DNA from: a virus | Taxonomy: Duplodnaviria > Caudoviricetes | Length of the DNA stretch: 64,000 bases | IMG/VR virus record: IMGVR_UViG_3300005670_000019 | Reading direction: 5' to 3' (one strand) | Part shown: positions 57,705-64,000 of the stretch, in pieces | Layout of the letters: each line of letters begins with the position of its first letter | Numbering within the stretch: position 1 is the first letter of the stretch | Translations under genes and position numbers: made by a program | Notes under the pieces: generated by a model | The model's input: only the letters and a program-made list of their open reading frames with translations | What the model was told of the DNA's origin: nothing | The model's database searches: none

Positions 57705-57986
57705 TCACTTTTTTGACCCTGGGTGAGCCCGAGCCACCTTTTGTAGAAACCCCTTCTCAAGGAGGAGGAAATCTACGGGATCAAGCTTCGCCATCCTCAG
57801 AGCGATTTCTGATTCAATGTTCTCGATCACTTCGATCTTGAGAGTCGACCAAGCATCCACCTTCTTTTCTGCTTCGTATCGATCGAAGGAAACGAAAAGA
57901 ACCTTTCCTCCCTCGTATATGGGGGCGCCACGTCCCTTGCCACCACCAGGCAAAGATACAACCTTGTAGATGATTTTATCGGTCAT
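57705..57986 (-). CDS. Hypothetical protein
   Basis: GGAG RBS. Confidence 0.6.
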   Translation of the reverse strand: MTDKIIYKVVSLPGGGKGRGAPIYEGGKVLFVSFDRYEAEKKVDAWSTLKIEVIENIESEIALRMAKLDPVDFLLLEKGFLQKVARAHPGSKK

Positions 57987-57989
57987 CCC

Positions 57990-58376
57990 TCACTCCTTGT
58001 TTTGAGGGGATTTCTCGAAGAGCAACTTCGCTGCCTTCAAGCGCCAATGAAACTTCTTTTCCTCAGAAGCTCGCGCCCAGGCATCAGCCCCATAAAGGTT
58101 CTTGTCTGCATCCCCTGCCAGGTTCGCGGCAATCGTTTCTAGACCCTCCAGACGCGACGCCGGAACAAGCGTCCATTGAAAGTCATGAGTGTAATGACGC
58201 GTCTTACATCCCTCGCATACAACATACTGCATGCTTCGCTCACGCGGGTCACTGCTATCAACCTCGCTCCACTTCACGTCATGTTCTTGCACGATGTAGG
58301 TGCATCCACATGTCGAGCACTGCCACAAGCAAGCCTTGACCTTCCGAACCGAAAAATCCTGTCCCAAGAACTTCAT
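57990..58376 (-). CDS. Zinc-ribbon protein
   Basis: CSTC..CEGC. Confidence 0.6.
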   Translation of the reverse strand: MKFLGQDFSVRKVKACLWQCSTCGCTYIVQEHDVKWSEVDSSDPRERSMQYVVCEGCKTRHYTHDFQWTLVPASRLEGLETIAANLAGDADKNLYGADAWARASEEKKFHWRLKAAKLLFEKSPQNKE

Positions 58377-58377
58377 G

Positions 58378-58632
58378 TCACTTTCCCTTCTTCTTGCCGA
58401 GGCTTTGAACGCGCTTCAACAGCATTCGCAACTGGATCTCAACCTCACGAGCCTTCGTACACATGCCAGAAAAATAGTCGTCGTCTGGATACCGTTCGCT
58501 TCCGATCGTGAACAGCTCCGACTTGAGCTTTTCGACTCCGGTTTCCAACATTTCGTACTTTTCCTTGAGGAGACGAAGCTCCTCACGAAGCTCGGCAGCC
58601 TCATGGCTTGCGTAGATGAAATCGCTACTCAT
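58378..58632 (-). CDS. Hypothetical coiled-coil protein
   Basis: Start MSSDF with GGAGG RBS; ATGA overlap. Confidence 0.6.
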   Translation of the reverse strand: MSSDFIYASHEAAELREELRLLKEKYEMLETGVEKLKSELFTIGSERYPDDDYFSGMCTKAREVEIQLRMLLKRVQSLGKKKGK

Positions 58633-58862
58633 ACTTCCTCCACAGAAATGAAAGAGCCCTTCGGGAGAGCACGAACCTGCTTGAAGAACGCGACGCCCTC
58701 GTCGCTGCATCCGTAGTGAAAAGCCGTGTCCAACCGCGACATGAACCATTCTCGCGTAATCAGACAACCCTTGACACTTCCGAGGATCGCTTTGATCGTC
58801 TCTTGCGTCGCACGATGCACTGGCATCAAAGGAAGCTCCACAATGTTTACTGTCCGTTGCAT
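58629..58862 (-). CDS. Hypothetical protein
   Basis: AAGGTG RBS. Confidence 0.55.
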   Translation of the reverse strand: MQRTVNIVELPLMPVHRATQETIKAILGSVKGCLITREWFMSRLDTAFHYGCSDEGVAFFKQVRALPKGSFISVEEV

Positions 58863-58958
58863 GATGCGTCACCTTGGTTACTTGCGTTCCCTCTTTTCTG
58901 GTCCCAAGTCAACTTCGCTCGACCAGTAGTCTAGTCCCGCTCAGAGTGCTTGGAGCCA

Positions 58959-59000
58959 GAAAAGAAGGGTGGTGCTTTCTTAGCAATGCACCACCACTTC
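58959..59000 (-). terminator. Intrinsic terminator
   Basis: GGTGGTGC..GCACCACC stem followed by CTTCTTTT. Confidence 0.65.
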
Positions 59001-59245
59001 CCATCTCAATTTTTATCTTTAGTTTTTTTGTAAGCGGCTGCTCACCGCTCAGCAATCATCAGCTCGAATCAGGTTCATTATCATTACCTCTGTTCACTAC
59101 GCCTAGGGTCAATTCACACTCACAAAAAGACATTCACAAAGCTTAGCTCGGACCGTCTCGGATCATGTCAGATCCCCTTATGCTAGTACGATGTTCGGTG
59201 ACTTATGAACCGGAAGAGAGGAGAGGAGAAGAAGGTGAGCCAGGC

Positions 59246-59692
59246 TCACTCCGCGCTGACGCGGTTCTCCTTGCGGCGCATGTCCTTCTCCGTGCGAAGG
59301 GTGCGCGTCTTGTTGCCGTGGTTGCCCGTGCCGCAGCCGAGGTTCGTCAGGGGACGACCGCTCTGCACCGCCTTGAGCACGCTCACGAGCGTACGCTCGA
59401 AACGACGGTCGAGAGCCGCGTTGTAGAAGACCGACTTGCCGGTCGCCGTGCCACCCCAAGAGACGAGCTGGAGACTGTCGGCGGACGCACCCGCGTCCGA
59501 AAGAGCCTGAGCGAGTCGCTGACGAGCGACGTCCTCACCGAGAGCCGGACGACCGAGACGCGACTTGACGCTGTCGACGCCCTGGTTGAAAGCGTTGCGG
59601 ATCAGACCCGCGACCTGGCGCTTGGAGTAGGACTCCTGCTCGCCCTTGATGACGTTGACGATGAGGGTTTCGAGGATGGAATTCGTGGACAT
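59246..59692 (-). CDS. GC-rich basic hypothetical protein (alternative in-frame start 59815)
   Basis: Strong G/C third positions; CAA-rich leader and AGGT RBS; own promoter and terminator. Confidence 0.75.
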   Translation of the reverse strand: MSTNSILETLIVNVIKGEQESYSKRQVAGLIRNAFNQGVDSVKSRLGRPALGEDVARQRLAQALSDAGASADSLQLVSWGGTATGKSVFYNAALDRRFERTLVSVLKAVQSGRPLTNLGCGTGNHGNKTRTLRTEKDMRRKENRVSAE

Positions 59693-59821
59693 GTTTTTAC
59701 CTGTTTTTCTGTTCTGTTGTTGTTGTAGTTGAGTTTTGTCGGTTTTTCGTCTCGACGGCGACGGGGCGTTTGGTTGCCCAACTGGTTCAAGGAACCTCTT
59801 CGTTCCCCTCACCATGTATTC

Positions 59822-59850
59822 ACTATAACCGACCCGGCAGGCATTTTCAA
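59822..59850 (-). promoter_or_regulatory. Sigma70-type promoter TTGAAA-N17-TATAGT
   Basis: Member of the repeated promoter family. Confidence 0.8.
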
Positions 59851-60028
59851 GTAATGGGGTCATCTTTTTTTCTTTTTCGCTAACCCCTTGATTATATTGG
59901 CATTTTGGGTTTCTAGCGTTACTTCCATGAAGGTGTGCCTAAAGGGCACACAATATTGCCGGGTCGTATTCAGTTTTCAGGAGACTTTGGGTTCCGGGCT
60001 TTCCTTCGCCCCGTTCCCTTATGCTCTC

Positions 60029-60057
60029 AATATAGCAGGACCCTACCCGGTTTTCAA
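60029..60057 (-). promoter_or_regulatory. Sigma70-type promoter TTGAAA-N17-TATATT
   Basis: Member of the repeated promoter family; no credible ORF follows. Confidence 0.8.
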
Positions 60058-60203
60058 GAAATACCCCAAAATTTTCTAAGTGCCCGAAATTGTTAGCGTT
60101 TCTGGAAGTGGAAAGCTTCATGAACGTTGACTTGGGACGCATTAGGTTTGGAGGCATTATCATGCGTGATACACCCCATAAATTACAGGGAAAATTGAAT
60201 GAA

Positions 60204-60229
60204 AAAACCCCGGATTTACCGGGGGTTTT
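60204..60229 (-). terminator. Intrinsic terminator
   Basis: AAAACCCCCGG-TAAAT-CCGGGGTTTTTT. Confidence 0.8.
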
Positions 60230-60354
60230 CGAAAGGTTTTCATGTCATTTTCTTCGAGTTTTGAAGAGGTCGATTCGACAGGGGTATTTACAGTCAGACT
60301 GTATTCTAATGTCAACGTAATTCCAAACTCACTGTAATTCTAGTGCTAGAGGAA

Positions 60355-61131
60355 TTACATTCCTGCTGTAATTTGTCTCCATCGCTCTAGAAGCATCTTT
60401 GCATATATCGTACTTGATACTCCATAGTTTCCTAGTGCATATGCATCGTTTACTTCAACAAGAAGAGTTTTTCCGTCCGAAACGCCAACATCCAGGCTAT
60501 AAGCCACGATCGATTCATGGTCGTTCATGTTTTGAACCATGTTTTCGACAACTTCCCTATCAGGCACAAGAAATGGATTTCCATTGTAGTGCTTGATTGC
60601 TTCAAGCCGTCCATTCAAAATGTAGCAACGATATTCAGTTTCAAACTTGACTGGAGTTGAAATCCAAACAGGAAAATCTCCATCAATAGAGCCGAGCGTT
60701 ATGAGGTCTTTGAAAGACCGGAATACTTTTCCTGTCCAACTTTTTTGAGGAACGGGCTTGATAAAGAGCGGGTTTGGAAACCCATTCTTTTCATCTTCTT
60801 GACCGAGCAATTTCCATGCTTTACTAAAGGTCGTTTTTTGGACTTTTCTTCCAAGAAAGGAACGCAAACATTTTGGATAGTCAAATGGTTCGGGTGGGAT
60901 TTTTCCTTGTTGTTCAATTGCTAGTCGAACAACAGGAATGTTGCCGACAAAAAGATCGCCCTCATTTATTTTCAGTTTTTGCTGGAGAATATCAGAAACC
61001 AGAAAAGGTTTCCATTGATGCCCAAGGTCAATTAAACCTTCAAGGGCTGCATAAATATTTCTATTTAGAGGCAGCCCTTTGTCCGAAAACTGAATATATG
61101 CGATTGGATCATTGCCAGTCATAGGTGACAT
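60355..61131 (-). CDS. ATP-grasp domain protein (DUF4343/R2K-like)
   Basis: DYP..L..FLGR, LFIKP...K, EYRCYI, SLDVG and LVEVND motifs. Confidence 0.82.
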   Translation of the reverse strand: MSPMTGNDPIAYIQFSDKGLPLNRNIYAALEGLIDLGHQWKPFLVSDILQQKLKINEGDLFVGNIPVVRLAIEQQGKIPPEPFDYPKCLRSFLGRKVQKTTFSKAWKLLGQEDEKNGFPNPLFIKPVPQKSWTGKVFRSFKDLITLGSIDGDFPVWISTPVKFETEYRCYILNGRLEAIKHYNGNPFLVPDREVVENMVQNMNDHESIVAYSLDVGVSDGKTLLVEVNDAYALGNYGVSSTIYAKMLLERWRQITAGM

Positions 61132-61504
61132 TTTTTCTTATTCCATTCGGATCGACATATTCCATATCTACCCTTTCGGAATAATAACCGTTCGATGCTC
61201 CAAGCCATCGCATCGTCACCACACCATTTTGCGTTCGAAGATGATAGAAAGTCCATGTTCCGGACTCTCCGATTTCCTCTCCTGCTTCCTCGGAAATGCA
61301 GTCGAAAGAAATAACCTTTCCAGTTATTTCTCCAAAGAGTTCATAATCTGAAAGAGAAACGGATTCGCAACAATCCTGTTCATGGTAAAATACCAGTTCG
61401 CCGCCGTCAGCAAAGTTGAGAACGACTCGGTCAGAACCTTCTTTAAGTCCATCAACCGAGACAATTACTGAACCAACTATGTCAAATTTCGTGTCTGTGC
61501 TCAT
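61109..61504 (-). CDS. Hypothetical phage protein (DUF7448-like)
   Basis: YHEQDCCESV, TWTFY and RW.G.SNGYYSE motifs. Confidence 0.75.
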   Translation of the reverse strand: MSTDTKFDIVGSVIVSVDGLKEGSDRVVLNFADGGELVFYHEQDCCESVSLSDYELFGEITGKVISFDCISEEAGEEIGESGTWTFYHLRTQNGVVTMRWLGASNGYYSERVDMEYVDPNGIRKNVTYDWQ

Positions 61505-61510
61505 ATCTCC

Positions 61511-61539
61511 AATGTAACCTATCAAGTGCGGGATTTCAA
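61511..61539 (-). promoter_or_regulatory. Sigma70-type promoter TTGAAA-N17-TACATT
   Basis: ATG 61504 lies 6 nt downstream. Confidence 0.7.
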
Positions 61540-61764
61540 ACGATTCGCTCCAACCACTTGCCAAAACAAAATTCGAAGGTCTTGAATGTCATGGACACTT
61601 GAAGGCTCACAGGTGAATGCCTTGTCCTTGATCTCAAAAAGTAGATCCTTTTCCATTTGATTAAATGGAAAATCTTGCTTTGAAATCCAATCAGCCAAAG
61701 CAAAACTTGAAGTAAAGAGAGGGTTTGGATGATCGAGTGATGACTTAGGATGCAAAGGATCCAT
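61522..61764 (-). CDS. Hypothetical protein
   Basis: Co-directional ORF. Confidence 0.5.
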   Translation of the reverse strand: MDPLHPKSSLDHPNPLFTSSFALADWISKQDFPFNQMEKDLLFEIKDKAFTCEPSSVHDIQDLRILFWQVVGANRLKSRT

Positions 61765-61768
61765 ACAT

Positions 61769-62047
61769 TCAACTCTCTTTCACAAAGAGAAGAAACCACA
61801 AGAGTTTAGAAGGGTCGATAATTGGGAGAAAGACATTCTCAACGCTGCACAAAAGCTTTTGTGCGTCATGACCGTGATTTTTGGCAATCTTATCAGCTTC
61901 AAGAATGTTTTCGGCAGTGCAAACAAAGACCACGTTCTTCCATTGAAGAACGGGTGAAGCGTTCAGGTTTGAAGAGCTGTGCGGATAAGAAATCCCCGGC
62001 TGCCGATAGAAGTAAATCTTCATCGAAGATGATGAATGAAAATCCAT
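61769..62047 (-). CDS. Hypothetical protein
   Basis: Co-directional ORF. Confidence 0.5.
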   Translation of the reverse strand: MDFHSSSSMKIYFYRQPGISYPHSSSNLNASPVLQWKNVVFVCTAENILEADKIAKNHGHDAQKLLCSVENVFLPIIDPSKLLWFLLFVKES

Positions 62048-62260
62048 GGTACATTACCGATAAGGTCCACTTGGAGACTCGAAAGCGTCACCATTTTTTT
62101 GGTTCGATCCACTTCTCGAAAAAGGCGATTACATCGTAAGGACGGGTAGGATTATGCATGGAGACTACTGATACAAGTCTCCATCCATCCTTTGCTTGTT
62201 CGTTTGCTTCTCTTGCAACTTGATAGAAAGGAAGCTGTCGTTCGTCATAAACGTAAGGCA

Positions 62261-62902
62261 TCAGTCTCTTTCACTAAAACCGTTGAACTTCACAGGCTTA
62301 TTTAGCCAGTGTTCGTCAGTTTGAACGTGCTTTGGACGAACCCACTTTGCACAAAAAACTCCGAAGTTTTCATACGAAAACCTCTCACTTCGACGAACAA
62401 CATAACCCTCTTGCTTAGAAAGGTCAAGTTTTTCATGAAGCGTCATCATCGTGGTTTCATCCCACAATCCCCGATAAAGAACAGGAACGTGCTGGAGATC
62501 AAGCAACGAACACCATTCCACGGTTTCGTCCCATGAAAGACACTCGTTCTTCTCATTCCAGATCGAGAAGACCATGAAGAAGCTCGGAAGCTTTTCGTAT
62601 TCGATGGAATGAACAGCGGCAATATTCTCGCCACAAACTCGCCAACCTTCCGGAATGTCCTTTGCTACACGAGCGTGCAGGCGTCGGACGAAGGTGCGTG
62701 AAGGATGCTTTGCAAGCGTTTCAACAGCGCGTGCATGAAGATGGTCGTGGTAAAGCGAAGTATTTTCGCCATCCATCTTTTCCGTTACCACCACGTCCTG
62801 ACCAACAAAATGAGAAAGGTCGTAAAGAAACCGATCATCACTTTGCGTCCCTGGCGACCAAGGAACGTGATAGGTTCGTGGATATTTTACTGAGACTGTC
62901 AT
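62261..62902 (-). CDS. RNA ligase family protein
   Basis: KYPRTYH.PWSPG..DD, TEKMDGEN, GEN, EGYVVR and AKWVR motifs. Confidence 0.88.
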   Translation of the reverse strand: MTVSVKYPRTYHVPWSPGTQSDDRFLYDLSHFVGQDVVVTEKMDGENTSLYHDHLHARAVETLAKHPSRTFVRRLHARVAKDIPEGWRVCGENIAAVHSIEYEKLPSFFMVFSIWNEKNECLSWDETVEWCSLLDLQHVPVLYRGLWDETTMMTLHEKLDLSKQEGYVVRRSERFSYENFGVFCAKWVRPKHVQTDEHWLNKPVKFNGFSERD

Positions 62903-63068
62903 TGTTTTATCCACTTGAAAAAACAAACCAAACCCTGACCAATCAGGGTTCGAATTCGAACGGCATCATCTATACCAAAAGCGTTTGGAAAATCCAAAGG
63001 ATGCGAATGCATCCGATACTGATTTCGGATCCTCCAAAGTTTCTTTTGGTTTGGAATGTGCGTTTTCA

Positions 63069-63365
63069 TCACTTGAAGTACAGATGCGAAACGGTGTCTC
63101 GATCTGCACCCTTGTATCCAAGGCGGAAGTAGTGGAAACGGAAAACCTTTCCGTTCTGAAAGACCTGAAACTCCTCCGGTCCGCAACACGGACAGGCAGT
63201 GTAGACATAGGTCTGCACGTTGTGCGTCTTGAGCTTTTGCTCAAGCTCCACGGCAAAACCACCGCGAACGACACTTCGAGCAACGACCTGAGCGGTCATG
63301 AAATCCATTCCGTCCCGACGAAGCTCCTTCGCGAAACGCTGCACCTGGCGCTTTAGAGTTGCCAT
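63069..63365 (-). CDS. Hypothetical protein with CPCC
   Basis: GAGGTG RBS and own promoter. Confidence 0.7.
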   Translation of the reverse strand: MATLKRQVQRFAKELRRDGMDFMTAQVVARSVVRGGFAVELEQKLKTHNVQTYVYTACPCCGPEEFQVFQNGKVFRFHYFRLGYKGADRDTVSHLYFK

Positions 63366-63384
63366 CTATTCACCTCGTATTTAT

Positions 63385-63413
63385 AGACTACCATAGCACG
63401 AGGTGATTTTCAA
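63385..63413 (-). promoter_or_regulatory. Sigma70-type promoter TTGAAA-N17-TAGTCT
   Basis: Member of the repeated promoter family. Confidence 0.75.
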
Positions 63414-63431
63414 GAAATAGCTGTCGATTTT

Positions 63432-63638
63432 CTAAGTGCTTGATTTCGTTGAGTTTTTCAACTGCTTTTCTAGGCAGAAACCACACACGTATTCGTAGCA
63501 AATTCCGGACAAATGGTGCCCGCAATTGGTACAGTTATTGCTTTCGGGGTCCCTGTAGCAATTTTGACACACATCACTGTCAAGTCCCGAAATGGGGACG
63601 TCGCAAGCAATGCATGTCCTTATTTGGTGACTGTTCAT
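63432..63638 (-). CDS. Double zinc-ribbon protein
   Basis: Four CxxC pairs. Confidence 0.6.
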   Translation of the reverse strand: MNSHQIRTCIACDVPISGLDSDVCQNCYRDPESNNCTNCGHHLSGICYEYVCGFCLEKQLKNSTKSST

Positions 63639-63949
63639 TTGTCAGAAACCTTCGGACAAAATCTATCCATACAGTTCAAGTAGCTATTCATGGCATACCA
63701 TGAATTCTTTTCGACGATTTCCAAAAACTGTCCAGCATACCATCGAACAGTTTTATCGTCACCCTCTTTCATGTCTTCACCAACAAAACAATTAGTTGCA
63801 AGTCCTTCTTCTTCAAGAAGTTCTTTTATCCTAAAGTAGGCTGTCTGTGCTTCACGCACATCACCATTTTCTACCTTGATAAGGATCGAGCGAAGCTTCT
63901 TACGAAACTCAAGGTTCTGTTCTGGTGTTTTTGTTTCAAATACATTCAT
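63635..63949 (-). CDS. Hypothetical protein
   Basis: ATGA overlap with the next gene. Confidence 0.6.
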   Translation of the reverse strand: MNVFETKTPEQNLEFRKKLRSILIKVENGDVREAQTAYFRIKELLEEEGLATNCFVGEDMKEGDDKTVRWYAGQFLEIVEKNSWYAMNSYLNCMDRFCPKVSDK

Positions 63950-64000
63950 CGATATGGACCATTGAAAATGGTTTGTTTAGTTGCTTTGGTTGAAAAGAGA

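Noticed and set aside
42804-59728. Long plus-strand ORFs such as 42804-43430, 46653-47171 and 59165-59728
   Set aside because: They are antisense shadows of better-supported minus-strand genes that have promoters and RBSs.
1-64000. Stop-codon reassignment
   Set aside because: Core genes are full length in the standard code and end in TAG (tail tube), TGA (capsid) and TAA (prohead scaffold's upstream partners such as 28486-28986).
1-64000. CRISPR array, tRNA genes, DGR or retron
   Set aside because: No regularly spaced repeats, no cloverleaf other than the tmRNA ends, and no reverse transcriptase motifs seen by eye. The 22-bp motif copies are 9-23 kb apart.

Overview
This window is part of a large lytic myovirus genome with a T4-like gene set, read in the standard genetic code. 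About 0.3-32.6 kb (mostly minus strand) is the virion module: tail tube, two ~1000-aa tail sheaths, tail terminator, two neck proteins, major capsid, scaffold, prohead protease and portal. Interspersed are modular proteins carrying kinase-like, ADP-ribosyltransferase-like and glycosylase-like domains with shared amphipathic L/I-x-E peptides. About 32.7-38.4 kb is a plus-strand block with a GapR/DsbA-like protein and GroEL. About 38.4-64 kb is a mostly minus-strand accessory region driven by repeated sigma70-type promoters. RNA repair and translation-rescue functions are abundant: a coupled 2H-phosphoesterase/SPOUT methyltransferase/RNA ligase operon, two more RNA ligases, an HD (p)ppGpp hydrolase-like gene and a complete tmRNA (tag AENAYLPLAA), plus Thg1 and a HAD phosphatase inside the virion module. 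Other notable items are a GIY-YIG endonuclease that duplicates the 5' end of the neck gene, a 22-bp motif present four times, and two promoter classes with many apparently leaderless genes. All product calls come from motif recognition by eye; no database search was run.
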